Positions 1 to 14,747 of a stretch of 64,000 nt of DNA are shown here, piece after piece. Within the stretch, counting starts at the first letter, position 1, and every line of letters begins with the position of its first letter. The stretch is from the human T2T-CHM13v2.0 reference genome, Homo sapiens, in NCBI RefSeq assembly GCF_009914755.1, contig NC_060925.1, one strand, 5' to 3'. The position numbers and the translations under genes are program-made. The notes under the pieces were generated by a model. The model saw nothing but the letters and a program-made list of their open reading frames with translations. It did not search any database and was not told the DNA's origin.

Positions 1-4
1 AACA

Positions 5-305
5 GGCCGGGCACAGTGGCTCACGCCTGTAATCCCAGCACTTTGGGAAGATGAGGCGGGTGGATCACTGAGGTCAGGAGTTCAAGACCAGCATGGCCAA
101 TATGGCAAAACATCGACTCTACTAAAAATACAAAAATCAGCCAGGCATGGTGGAGTGTATCTGTAATTCCAGCTACTCGGGAGGCTAGGGCAGGAGAATA
201 GCTTGCACCTGGGAGGTGGAGGTTTCAGTGAGCTGAGATCACGTCACTATACTCTAGCCTGGGTGACAGAACGAGACTCTGTCTCAAAAAAAAAAAAAAA
301 AAAGA
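5..305 (+). mobile_element. Alu (AluS-like), full length with A/GAAA tail
   Basis: GGCCGGGCACAGTGGCTCACGCCTGTAATCCCAGC start, two arms, poly-A. Confidence 0.95.
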
Positions 306-2337
306 GGAAAGAAAGAAAGAAAAAGAAAAAGAAACATGTCTAACATTAAAAACAGCTTCTTTAGTCAAGGTATGCACTGTCATATCCCTAATAAAAATCA
401 AGAAATAAGAATTAAGGAAACAAGGGATAAAAGAGAATGTTTTCTGGAGAAAGTGAGCCATGACCTGGATTTTGAAGGAGCTGTGGTTTAATCATTGTGG
501 AAATTTTAATTTGAGGACTTTGGTAAAGTAACTTGTCCATTATCAGTATTGTTCACCTCAATTTGTTATGTATGAAAACCTTTCAGTGAAAACTTTCTGT
601 GTGCGAGGCATTGGGATGGTGGTAATAAAGGACTACAAATTCAAAGACACCTTTATCCTCAAGGAACTTATAGTCTATTACAAGAAGTTATACATTAATG
701 AAATACAAGACAGAGAGTGCCACGGAAGGGCAATGCCAACTGGCAACACAATAATAAGCACATTTAAAAAATGGGTTAGTCTTTGGTGCACAAAGGAGCT
801 CAGATGCCAAATGTAAAAATGAACATGAGGAACATGAGGGGAATCTAGTCCTTTAGGAAGGGCCTCGTGGGGTACAATAGCTATTAAGACTAGTTCTACC
901 TTGCCTTTGCAGGATGAGAAATTTAATCAGGCTGTTCAGAGGCTGATGAGACTCCCATTAAATGAACAAGAAATGAATCAGAATAAGAATTTATTAGATT
1001 ACATAGCTAACCAACAGAACTGATCATCTGTACAACCCCTGACTCTCCTCTCTCCATCTCCACCCCCCACCATTCCTGGTAGAGAGATTCATTTTAGGAA
1101 TAGATTGTGTATCAAGAAATTGCTTGGTATGAGTCAGAAAGATTGACATTTTCCACTCTAAGAATATTTGTATTAACTATGTGATCACTTTTGTGTCCAG
1201 ACAATTATTTTTCCAGACTCCTCTTTTTATATTTTTTCTATTATAACACATTCTTTTTTTCATGTGAAGAGAGATTTTTAACATGTTACAATTTCCAAGT
1301 TTACACTTTTAGTTTCTTCCTGATGACATTCAAGGAGGAAACTTAGTTTCTTATCAGTATGTTCTAAATCCCACTATAGCATGGGTTATGTTGGAAGTTT
1401 TTCTGTAGAAAACAAATACTAACCTAGTAGTTGAATTATTTCTTTTCCTGAGGATTTCATATTCTTCCTGACTTTTTGTCTCCACCTCTTGTCCTAGATC
1501 TTGAATACTATTTTTAGACTTAAACTTCTGTTTGCTGGTTATATAACAAATTTTATACAGTTAATTGAATAGGATTCATACCTCATTTGAAACCTAACTC
1601 ATTTGTAGCTTAAGCATCCATTTGGCTGTCGCTAGGGGGTTGTATGAAACCTGAGAAAATCATACTGGTGCCCTGCATAATGGAAAATAGATGTATTCAG
1701 GTAATATCAAATTGAAATAAATATCCAAGGAAAAGAAGTCAGAAGACAGCATATGTTTGTAAGAAGAATGGGATGGAGCTTTGTCCTTCCTGAAGGGGGA
1801 TAGATGTTGAAGATGATTAATTGTTCTGATACCATGAGCTGGCTGTCTCTCTTAAGATATTGCAGAGATGTGGCAGGAGAATGAGATTTTACAATGCGAG
1901 TTTGGAGCCTGACGTGGGTTTATCATTTGAACAACTCAGGAGAGAATGGGGTGTGTTGATTAAGTGCTACCCAGGTAAGTTTGTGTGAATTCCCTTTCCA
2001 GGCAAGGTGGGCCCGCTTCATTTTCCAGGAGCCTGACCTGGACATGGGTAGGACAAGGCTAGCCAGGGGTTGGGGAAGCGGAGAATTGGAAGGTGTCTGA
2101 AAGATAGTGTTGAGGGACAAATCTGGAAGTAGGCAAACACAGCCCAGCCTGCACATTGGTGTTTTGATCCGGGTCAGCAATTTGGAAACAAAGGAAAGAA
2201 AATGGAGACGACTAAGACCCTGCAGGTCTCACAACTTCAAGTGAACACCAAACACTCAAATTAACTTCAGTGATTTCAGGAAGTGCTCTGAAATTGACAT
2301 TATGACACATAACCATAATACTACTTATAATACCTGA

Positions 2338-2655
<318 letters not shown>

Positions 2656-2934
2656 TAAAACACTTTTCAAATTTATCTTTGCTTTTGTAATATTATTTAA
2701 TCCTCAGGCTAAAGTTATAAAGAAGATAAGGCAAATATTCTCATCCTAATTTTAAAGTAAAAGAAACTGGATATAGAAAGGAAGGTTGAGTTGTTTATTG
2801 TGGTTCACTGGGAGAACAGGGACTAACTTCCACATCACCCTGCTCCCATTATAATGTTATTTCTACTGGGATAAATAGTGAGAAGTATTAATAAATAAAA
2901 GACCAGTCTTTAATAAGGAGGCTGGAAAATAGTC

Positions 2935-3210
2935 TATATCTCAGCCCTTTGGGAAGCCAAGGTAGGAGGATTGCTTGAGCCCAGGATTTCAAGATCAGCC
3001 TGGGCAACACAGTGACACCCTTCTGTACAAAAAAAAATTTTTTTTAATTAGCTGGGTGTGGTGGTGCGTTTCTGTAGCCCCAGATACTCAGGAGTCTGAG
3101 GTGGGAGGATCACCTCAGCCCAGGAGGGCAAGGCCGCAGTGAGCCATGATCATGCCACTGCACTCCAGCCTGAGCAACAGAGCAAGACCCCATTTGAAAG
3201 AAAGAAAGAA

Positions 3211-3266
<56 letters not shown>

Positions 3267-4020
3267 AAAGAAAAGCTACTCAGGAGACTGAGGTGGGAGG
3301 ATCACCTCAGCCCAGGAGGGCAAGGCCGCAGTGAGCCATGATCATGCCACTGCACTCCAGCCTGAGCAACAGAGCAATACCCCATTTGAAAGAAAGAAAA
3401 AGAAAGAATGAAAGAAAGAAGAAAAGAAAGAAAGAGAAAGAAAGAAAGAAAGAAAGGAAGAAAGAGAGGGAAAGGGGAGGGGGGGAAGGAGAGGGGATAG
3501 AGAAAGAAGGAAGGCAGGAAGGGAGGAAGGAAGGAATGATGGAAGGGGGAAAGGGAGGGAGGGAAGGAAAGAAGGAGGAAAAAGAAAGAGAAAGAAAGAG
3601 AGAGAAAGAGAAAAAAAGAGAAAGAAAAAGAAAGAGAGAAAGAAAAAAGGACTCTGTATCATAATTAGCTGGGTGTGGTGGTGCACGTCTGTAGCCCCAG
3701 CTACTCAGGAGACTGAGGCGGGAGGATCACCTGAGCCCAGCAGGTCAAGGCCACAGTGAGCCATGATCATGCCACTGCACTCCAGCCTGGGCAACAGAGC
3801 AAGACCTCATTTGAAAGAAAGAAAAGAAAGGCAGGAAGGAAGGAAGGAAGAAGGAAGGAAGGAAGGAAGGAAGGAAGGAAGAAGGAAGGAAGGAAGGAAG
3901 GGAAAGAAAGAAAGAAAGAGAGAAAGAGGGGGGAGGAAGGGAAGGAGGGAGGGAGAGAGAGAGAAGGAAGGGAGGAAGGAAGGGAGGGAGGAGGGAAGGG
4001 AGGGAGGGAGGGAGAAAGGA
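2935..4020 (+). repeat. AluJ-like element whose right arm is triplicated, interleaved with (GAAA)n/(GGAA)n polypurine tracts
   Basis: Right-arm copies at ~3047-3200, ~3274-3395 and ~3662-3800, each followed by a purine-only microsatellite. Confidence 0.9.
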
Positions 4021-4769
4021 AATGGTTTGGCACAAGGAATAGAAAACTACTCGCACCAGCTTAAGAAACAGACAGCAGACAAGCACCAGGATATACAAGC
4101 AAAAAAAGGCCAATGGGTCTGGAATTGGAAAGACAGGAATCATCTCTCATGTGGTTTCTGTCCCCCATCAGCCTTGTACCTCTCGTTGGAGACTGGCTTC
4201 CTTTCTCTGCTTACTTGTGTCTTTTCTGCCATTAATCAAGCATTACATAACTTTGTGGTTTGGCTTCCAAGGCTAACTGACTGTTTCTCAGTGACCCTTT
4301 TCCAAATTCCTGGGGGAAGCAGGAAGATTGAGCTTGGCCTAGGTCCTCCATCACCTTTGCAGGTCAGGGGAGGGATGTGTACAGGTTCACAGTCACTCAG
4401 GGCCACCATTTTACTAGAGGCTGTAGGTCATGGTAGAAGTGTAGGAAAAGAGGTACATGCACAATGACTATGATAAAATATAGGATCACCAGTTATCAGT
4501 ATTGCCATATAATTAAAAACCAAAAAGAGGACGGTATACCTTAATTGATTATAATAAGATGCCATGTTCAATTCAAGGGTATTGTTTATTATAGTTCAGG
4601 GTCTTATTTTGGGCACTTGAACCAAAAGATCGTAAAGGATTTAGGAATAAATCAGATGAGAGTTACAAACTTTATTTTGATTAGAGATGAATAAATTTTA
4701 ATGAAGATAAATGGAAGCATTAACTCTATAGATTAAAAATAGTTTTAAAAAATAGATACAAAATTAAAA

Positions 4770-5280
4770 AGATACAAAAGGGCACACATTGAAAACTTAG
4801 TCTCCCTCTTACCCATACCCCAGCCCTCAGTTCCCCTTATCGGAGGTAATCATCATTGTCAATTCTGGTGTATTCTTCTAGAAATGTGCTCTCTGTATTT
4901 AAACACAAAGTTCCATATCTTGCTTTTTCCAGTATGCCATAGAAATCATTCCATGTGGGTCATTTAGAGCAACCTCATTTTTAAAATGGCTGCACAGCAT
5001 TCCAGTGTATGGGTGTAATGTAATTTTTTGAACAGTCTCCTACTGATGACATTTAGTATATTTAGTCTTTTACTATTACTATCTTTGCGTATACCTCTTT
5101 CTAAACACAAGTGACTTTATCTGTAGGATAAAATTCCTGGAAATGGAATTTGTAACATTTTTAATTTTGAGAGAAATTGCCAAACTGTCCTCAGGAGAAA
5201 TTTTACCAATTTCTTTCCCATTAGCAATTTATAAAGCACTGATTTGCCTACATTCTTAGCTCAGTGTAGAGTTAAAATAT
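4770..5280 (-). mobile_element. Ancient L1M 3' fragment
   Basis: Degenerate L1 3'UTR-like motifs (GCTGCACAGCATTCCA, AAATTGCCAAACTG). Confidence 0.55.
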
Positions 5281-5294
5281 GGTTAGGTCTAGAG

Positions 5295-5601
5295 TTTTTT
5301 TGTTTGTTTGTTTTTTAGAGACAAGGTCTCACTCTGTGGCCCAGGCTGGAATGCAGTGGTATGGTCATAGCTCACCGCAGCCTCAACCTCCCAGGCTCAC
5401 GTGATCCTCTCACTTTGGTCTCCCAAGTGGCTGGGACCACTAGCACACATGACCACACCTGGCTACTCTTTGTATTTTTTTGTAGAGACAGCTTCTCACT
5501 TTGTTGCCCACGCTGGTCTCGAACTCCTGGGCTCAAGCAGTCCTCCTACCTAGGCCTCCCAAAGTGCTGGGATTAGAGGCTTTGAGCCACCACGCCTGGG
5601 C
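5295..5601 (-). mobile_element. Alu (AluJ-like)
   Basis: Reverse Alu; flanking CTAGAGT duplication. Confidence 0.92.
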
Positions 5602-7479
5602 TAGAGTCTTTTACTCTCTGGGAAACTTCAATTTACCTTCCAACTTCCTGTTAATATCTTTATGTTAGCTATTATATTTGTAATTTGTAAGAGCCTTTTT
5701 CTGTTCTTGATTGTAACTTTTTCATAGCATCATAGCCTTATTTGAATGCAATGTTAATGAACGCAATGTTGTATCTTTCCACAGATATTAATTAAACTTA
5801 AAAAAAATTCTCCCTGTTCCTGCCATTTGTTTTCTGGAGGGGACAGGTATGTTGGGGGCTGGTGAGGGGGTGGGTGTTGGTTGGGACTGGGAGATGCTCT
5901 CTGCCTATCATGTTAGAGACTTTCCTAAAATGTTTGGTGGTGCTGCACTGCTTGCTCATAATTAAGAGTCAGATACCTCTCCTCAATCTCTCCGGTTTAA
6001 ATCTCCACAGAGCAAAAGTGCATTCTCCCTTTAGGGTGGGGGTGGCGTGGTAGCTTGAGGTAGGACAGAGGCTGCAACTGTTCTTTTTACAGACTTTTAT
6101 CCAATCTTGTTTTTAGAGGCATTTCTCATCCCCATTTTCCTTAGTATCTGGTGTCTCCAATTCCTAAAATTTCCAAAGTTCTGCGGTGCAAATCAGCTGG
6201 CTTATTTTTGCCTTTCACCTCTACAGGCAGTTGATTTCATTTTTCTCTGCTTAGCTAACTCAATTACTATTTGTCTTTTTCACTATCTTCCAAAATTTAT
6301 CATTTGTTAGCATCTCTTCCATTCTTTTTGTTCTTTGTTATAATTTTAGGGAAATTTGGGGAGGTAGCACAGATAAACATGTATATTCAATTTACCAAGT
6401 ATAGAAGGTGGTCAGTAAATTTGGCTTTATCTGCCAGAAGCACTGCCTCTGTTGTGGGTATATTTCAAAATTAATAACATTGATAGGAACAAAAGTATAA
6501 GTAAGTCTTCGTGAGTATTTATATTTAGATGTAACTCAGCCCTAAAGCCCATTCATTAGTTTTGAAGTGATTTTATTTTAGGTTCAATGTGTATGCTGTT
6601 AACATTTATAGTGTAATACATATCAGTACATTCCTACCAATTTTTTGAAAAATGACTAACATATCCGGCTGTTTTCATTTTTGAAGTCATGTTTTCTAAC
6701 TAGAGTCGTAGTTTGAAAGTCAATTTGTAACTAATTTTATTACCACTTATACTTTCTCAAGTCTGACAATCTTAATTAATAACTACTCTGTTATAGTGCC
6801 TTTTAGTGACAAATACAATTGCCAGCACTCAACAATGAATATCAAGCCTGTATATGTTGGATTATATCATAATTAAGAAAGTCTCTCTTGCTGAGTGGTC
6901 TCAATTAAATGTAGTAAAAATTATATAAAATGTACTGGTTGATCTAACATAAGTACTTTAAAATGCTTATGTTACTAATTTCCAGAAGGAGTAAGAATCT
7001 TTCTTTCTGGAATGTGAAACCACAGATAGAATTGCATCTCTCCAGGAAAGTAGACTCAGTGGTTATGCAGTAAGCCTTTCCCATCTGTAATGTGATAACC
7101 AACTTTATTACTGTGCTATTATGGTAGAAAATTATCTCCTGAAACATATATTTTTAATACACTTGGGTGGACAAAATGAGGAATTGAACCTAATGCCATT
7201 TTTTTTTCCAATTTAACTTTCCCATTATTCTAAAAGTGTTAAGATTTTGAAACTAGTTTTACTCTGCGGAGCTCTTGAATAAGTTTCTATAACAGGACTA
7301 AATAATAGAAAATACTAAACCTGTATTAGACGTGTACCGAGTAGCACATGTTGGATTGCTGATTGATAGCACAAAGCATATTATATTCAATAAGTATCTT
7401 TCAAGCCTCATTGACATCTGTGACATTGTGTTGTTAACTGACAAATACATGGGAAACGCAGTTTTATAGGGAGGCAATA

Positions 7480-7692
7480 GAGCATGGAGACTATGAATCG
7501 GTCTGCTTGGATCTGATAACTCACTTTGCCATTTCCTAGCAGCATGACCTTGGACAAGTCATTTAACCTTGTCCCACTACCAAAATGTAGCAAAAATATC
7601 TACCTTTCAAGATTGTTGTGAGAACTAAATAAGGTGACATAGGTGAGGCATTTAATGCATTGTCTGTCTATTATAAATGCTCAGCAAAAATG
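7480..7692 (+). mobile_element. MIR
   Basis: TGACCTTGGACAAGTCATTTAACC core; GATTGTTGTGAGAACTAAATAAG. Confidence 0.8.
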
Positions 7693-9419
7693 AATCCAGG
7701 GAAAAAATCAGGGATCGTGCTCTCCAGGAATTTACAGTCTGTTGGGGGATATGAGAAGTTCACACTTTGACAAAACTGTAAGGCATTATATAATAAATTG
7801 CCAAAGTGAGACAGGATGCCAATGAAAACCTCAACAGGAATTTGGAGAAGGGAGACGTCAGTGTGAAATAGACATATCAATCAGCACATCCTCTAGGAAG
7901 GAGTAGAGGTGGGTCTTAAGTCAGATCCTAAAGAAACTGTTAGAACAGACAGAGAGAAAGGGTAGGGAAAAGGTGTACTGCAATGAAATGATAGGAGTAG
8001 GGGAGTATTTGGTGATCAGAGAATAAGTGTTTGCTTATTGAATACATAAAAGAATGGTTTGGCTAGTGTGTAGAGTGGTGATGAAGTGAATTAGTAGGGG
8101 AGACTGGGGCAATGGTAGTCCCTAGATATCACCTTACTAAATCAAAAAGCAACAGCTAGGGATTTTTGAATTGGGAAGTGAGGAGGATGAAGAAGACATG
8201 TGACACAATGAAGATAGTGGTGTAGGAAAAGGTGTGTGAAAAGAAGGGGGTGGGGAGTAGCTAAATCTAAGAGATCAGTTAGAATTACCTTTCTACATAT
8301 GTGGTTGGGGCTAATAATTGCAATAAAATTTTTTACAAGAGTCAGGACTAAATGGATACATGACGAAGGAGAGAAAAAGAGTTAAAGGTCATTTTAAAGC
8401 CTGAGAGAGAAAAGAAATAATGGAAACAGTGATGTTGCAGGGGATGTTGATTAAGGAATTAAATATTTTCAGTTTAAAAAGAAAGCAACACCTTTGTTGT
8501 TTTTATAGAAGGTATACATGCTTCTAGCAAAAAAACCCTCCAACAACAACAAACAATGGAAATATATAAGTAGAAAATGAAAGTTCTCTTCTCCGTCCCC
8601 CAATTCTATTATCTTGTGATAATCTGTTGTATAGCTTTCTAGGCTGATTTCTATGTACATAAAAGGAAATGAAATCATAGTATGCATATTTCTCTTCAAC
8701 TTTTTTTTCCAATATTGGTTCATATAGAGCTATCTTTTCATTGTAAAAACATACTGTGATTTTGTATTTACTGACTCACCTATTGATGGACATATATTAT
8801 TCTAATTTTTGCTATTACAATGCTTAATGAACAGTCTTGTATATCTCTTTGAACAGCATCACAGTATTTTTTTTAAGACAAATACCTATGTGTGAAATTG
8901 CTGGATCAAAGTCTATGTACATTTATGTTTTTCATTGACTTTGGCAAATTGTACATGAAAGAGATATGCTTATTTACACACCCAGGGTATGAAAGAGTCT
9001 GTGGGCCACATCCTTGCTAGAACAAAATATTACAAATCTTATTAATTGGGAAAGCTATTAGGCAAAACAAATCTTGTTTTAATGTGCATTTCTTTGATTA
9101 TTGGTAAGGTTGAATAGATTTTCTTAGCCGTTACAATTTTTTCTTCTATTTTTTTTTCAGTTTGAACCTACAGAGGTTGAACTGATGATGAAATGTCCTA
9201 ATGTAGACATCATGGGGGCAATGAGAGATGTGCTACAGAAGCCTGGGTAAGAATTACTAGTGGAGCAGTGATAGTTCAAAGAGTAAGGCCGCATATGGGT
9301 TCCTTGTATAATCATAGAAAGAAGACAATACAAAGCTATTAGGAAACTCAGAGTCAGGAAGGAGAGAAGAGAGACAGTGATAGAAACTGGCAGTAGCAGC
9401 TTAGCAGTTGTAGAGATAG

Positions 9420-9540
9420 AAGTAGAATCAAGATTGTCCTCTGTCATAACTGGTTAAGGGACTTTGAGCAAGTCTCTTGAATCTCTGAGTCTCAGTTCCC
9501 TCATTTATAAAATGAAAAGGTGAATAAGATGCCTCTTCAA
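9420..9540 (+). mobile_element. MIR fragment
   Basis: GACTTTGAGCAAGTC...CTCTGAGTCTCAGTTCCCTCATTTATAAAATG core. Confidence 0.7.
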
Positions 9541-9729
9541 TTATAAGACATCTTGTCTCTAATTTTAACCTGAAAGGTGAGACAATTTCATGGAGGCAGT
9601 CAACAACTTCAGAAAGCATAAGGGATCTTGCAGTAAGGTGGTTATTTAAAATTACTCTGATGTTATAGTCTATGAATTGCTTACTTCTGCTGCTCTTGCT
9701 TCTTTAAAATTGTAACCTTAAATAAACCG

Positions 9730-10660
9730 TTCTATTTTGAACTAATTTCAAAATTATAGAAAGACTGCAAATAATATCTACTCTTTACCCAGAGTCGCCT
9801 ATTACTAACATTTTACCTTTTTATCATTTCTGTTTTCTCTCTCACTATATATGTGTGTGTGTGTGTTTTTTTTTTCAGAACCATACCTATGTCCTGGCCC
9901 TTTATTCTGAAATACTTTAGTATATATTGTCTAAGAATAGAGACATAACCACAGCACAGTTACCAATTTCAGTGACTTTAACATTGATGAAATATTTTTA
10001 TCTGATCAATCTACCATCAGTTTTCCAATTAACTGAATAATGTCCAATATAGCATTTTTTTCCTCCTCCAGGAAAGAATCTAGTCTAGTATCTCATATTA
10101 CATTTAGTTGTCATGGCTCTTCAGCTGGAATATTTTCACAGCCTTTGTCTTTTATGACAGTGACATCTTTGAAGGATACAGCACCCCTTACCTCTTTTAA
10201 AAAACAAAACAAAACGTTGCTCACTTGGAATTTGTCTGGTATTTCCTCATTAGATTCCTCATTTCCTCATTATATGCTATGTCTTCGGGGAATCACATCT
10301 GGAGGCAAATGATGTCCGTCTGTCCCTCAATTGTGATGTTAATTTTGATCACCTGGTGAGGGTTTTGTCCAATTTATCCAGTGTATAATTACTCATTTCC
10401 TTGCAACTAATAAGAAGTCTATGGAAAAATACTCTAAGATCATGCAAATATCTTGTTCCTCATCAACATTTCTTCCTATGTTTAGATATAAGATGGTTTT
10501 TGCCTTACCCAATCTTTGCCCTAACTGGTTGCAAAATGATGATTTTCTAACTTCAACAATCTCTCAACACTCTACCATAAGCAAGAGTATTTCCTTTTTC
10601 TCCATTTGTTTTATCAATTAATTATTGGTATGCCTTTATGAATTCCTGTTTTTTTAAAAA
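9730..10660 (-). mobile_element. L1MC-like 3' end
   Basis: TATTTTGAACTAATTTCAAAATTATAGAAAG start and GTTAATTTTGATCACCTGGTGAGG motif typical of reversed L1MC 3'UTR. Confidence 0.65.
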
Positions 10661-10942
10661 ATTTCTAACCTATTTTAACATGCAGGATATATAAAAAGAA
10701 AACTATAGAGATGAACACTCAACCAAAATCCTTTCCTATCATTAAATATAAAGAATAATGCCTAAAAATATTATAAAGGAAGTAGAATACAATAATAATT
10801 CACTTATCTGGAAAAAAAGTTGCCTGGTAAATGTAATGATCCAAAATATAGAGGAAAATATCAAAGCAAGTGAAAGGTCTTTACACTAAGTAAATGCCCC
10901 CAAAATATCAGAGTTGTTTTAGCCTTTTCTTATTTTATATGC

Positions 10943-11270
<328 letters not shown>

Positions 11271-11601
11271 TAAACATTGGTTAGTTTCCCAGCCCACTCT
11301 AACATGATAAGACAATTCAAGGGGAGGTGTATGTGTGTGAAATGTGTGTGCAGAGCTAACCTGTAGCAGCAGGGGCAGCAACAAGAAGGCACAGCAGAAA
11401 GATCAATTATGAGGGCCACCAAATCCATTAGACTCAGAAGAGTGCAGGAACATAGAAGGCTGTGATTACTTAGTGTATGGTGAAGAGTACTAAGTACAGT
11501 ACTTGTTGGCTCCTGAGGATATCTTGGTACTATAGCTTTTGTTTTTTAACTTTACCTGTTCCTGAGGTACCTCTAGGCTATCAGAAATAGGTTCAGCTAT
11601 A

Positions 11602-12189
<588 letters not shown>

Positions 12190-12372
12190 TGCTGTGTTTT
12201 ATTAGTTTAAGACGGAGTTGGTGATATTTCAGGAAAAATAAATAAAAGTGGTTTAAATTGTTTCTAGTACTTCAAGATGAAAATCTCAGTTATTTAGAAT
12301 ATCTAATTATATCTAATCCTTTACTGCCCCCTTTCCTAATACTGTCAGATAAACAAGTCATTACTAAAACTA

Positions 12373-12680
12373 TTTTTTTTTTTTTTATGAGACGGAGTCT
12401 TGCTCTGTCGCCTAGGCTGGAGTGCAGTGGCATGATCTTGGCTCACTGCAAGCTCCGCCTTACAGGTTCAAGCGATTCTCCTGCCTCAGCCTCCTGAGTA
12501 ACTGGGACTACAGGCGCCCCCCCACCACGCCCAGTTAATTTTTTAATTTTTTTGGTATTTTTAGTAGAGACAGGGTTTCACCGTGTTACCCAGGATGGTC
12601 TCGATCTCCTGACCTCGTGATCCGCCAGCCTTGGCCTACCAAAGTGCTGGGATTACAGGCCTGAGCCACTGTGCCGGCCC
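12373..12680 (-). mobile_element. Alu
   Basis: Reverse Alu; TSD TACTAAAACTAT. Confidence 0.95.
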
Positions 12681-13083
12681 TACTAAAACTATCTTTAAAA
12701 TTAATATTGAAAAGCATTAGTGTATGCAAACATTTATATACTTTCCGGCCTTTTGAAGAATTAGTCTAGGAAAACATTAACCATCATTAAGCAAATAAAT
12801 CCCTGCTGCTTAACACCCTACATAGAGTTGCCCCTTTGAGATGCAGCTTAACTGTAAATGTAACTGTAAAATTAATATGGTGCTCAGATTTGAACGGACT
12901 GTTGATTATCTTTGTTTTGGTATCTGAAGACTTGTGACATATCTCTGTCGACTGGGAATTACGGCAGGCTCTCCTTGTACCATAGTGTCAGTTTTCTGGA
13001 GAATGTCTGTCTAGCCCTTGGAAGTTCCCTTATGCGTCCTTTCCCTCAAGGTGAATTTTGGGAATGCTAACTTTGCCTTTATT

Positions 13084-14747
13084 TTAAATTGTGACATCGT
13101 AAACACAACCAACAAATTTCTTCAAAATGTCCAGCCACTATATACATTTGAAAAAAGAGATGAAAGGTTAGAGAAATAACAAAGGTATATGTTATTACTG
13201 AAATTCTTTTGGTTGTAATAGAATTAAGTATTACTGAAAAAATAAGCTTTCTTACCATGCCAGTTTGATTTTGTTTTGACAGCTGTAATGAATTGTGTTG
13301 CTTGTTGATTGGTTTACTGCAGTGGTGGTCTCTTTGAACTGTTTGTTCTATATCTAAATTAGTTCCTTGGCTTGCCCCTTGGAAATAATTTGGATGGATA
13401 GTAATAAAACTATTACATAATGGTGATTCCCCTGAAATGACTTTTAAGCATATTGAATTCTTATCGATTTCTATTTCATATAATGGCATTTCTATTTTAT
13501 ACATTAGTACTTTTTGTTATACTAAGACTTTGCATATTTCTTGTATTTTGGCAAAAGCAATTGGAATCCATAAAGCAACATACAGAATTTAATTGTGATA
13601 AAAGTGCTCTGGTAAAGAAAATTTGGTATAAAAAGCCACTGCTTTCATTTATCAAGGAATGGGAAGGGACACTTATTTTATAAAAGATATTGAGGACAAA
13701 CTTTTTTCTCTATTTTTATATACAAATTCTTTTTTTCTTTTGAGATAGTATCTCCCTCTGTCGCCCAGGCTGGAGTGCAGTGGTGCGATCTTGGCTCACT
13801 GCAACCACTGCCTCCTGGGTTCAAGTGATTCCTCAGCCTCAGCCTCCTGAGTAGCTGGAATTACAGGTGCCCACAACCACGCCCGGCTAATTTTTTTGTA
13901 TTTTTAGTAGCGACCAGCTTCACCATGTTGGTCAGGCTGGTCTTGCACTCCTGACCTCAGGTGATCTGCCTGCCTCAGCCTCCCAAAGTGTTGGGATTAC
14001 AAGTGTGAGCCACCACGCCCGGCCTATATACAAATTCTTAATCTTACCAAGTTCACAAATTTGAACTTAACACAACTCTTAAGGTTAATAAAAGTATTGT
14101 TTTATAAGTTATCAATGTGAGAAACAGATTTGGGGTAATTATTCAAACTCAAATTCAGTAGGCATAAGAATTTAGTGTATCCATGGCCTTGCTCATGAGT
14201 CATATGTTTTTTTCTTTTCAAAGTCCAAGTGAAAACTTCACTGCTTTTACAATAAGCTGTGAAAATTATTGGCAGATGTAGGGACCCTGCCTCATTTATA
14301 TCTATGAAACCCTAATTCAAGTTTCAAGTAATTGTATGACATTTAACAACATAAGAGTTCCGTTCCTCAGTTTTCATATTTCTTAAGAGCAGTTAATTAT
14401 GTGTGATAATGGTATGTATGTTGCATGTATTATTGTTGGCATATAGCCAACGACATTTTCCTTAATCTCTTAGTAACACTTTAAGAAGACTAAACATTTA
14501 CCCAACTCAATAACTGGAAGGGGTTTTTCCTCCAAGTGCTAATTCATTTAGTTGTTGTTTATTTGGGACTTGAAGCAACTAACATCTATGCGAAAACTTT
14601 CTGTATACATAATGCACTTCCCTCCTTTTTACCAATCATCTTCCTTTTTCTTTTCTTTTTTGGACTCTTGTCATTTGAAATATTGGGTGGGGGGGAACGC
14701 TTTTTTTCTTCTTTTGATTGCTCTACTTCTTCTAGTGATTTCGTCAT
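13084..14747 (-). pseudogene. Candidate spliced minus-strand coding remnant (exons 14747-14633, 13431-13256, 13137-13084; 114 aa), divergent from the CpG-island promoter
   Basis: Canonical AG/GT boundaries with polypyrimidine tracts; compatible phases (1 then 0); open frames; non-repetitive sequence; no protein family recognised. Confidence 0.45.
13728..14025 (-). mobile_element. Alu (AluS-like)
   Basis: Reverse Alu; TSD TATATACAAATTCT. Confidence 0.95.

Noticed and set aside
3146-4467. Long K/E/R/G-rich and S/F/L/P-rich ORFs (up to 234 aa)
   Set aside because: Translations of Alu arms and purine-only microsatellites, which cannot contain stop codons
10690-10900. Hydrophobic minus-strand frame (KDLSLALIFSSIFWII...GIILYI) as a further exon
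   Set aside because: T-rich DNA gives hydrophobic translations by default, and no consistent splice pair was found
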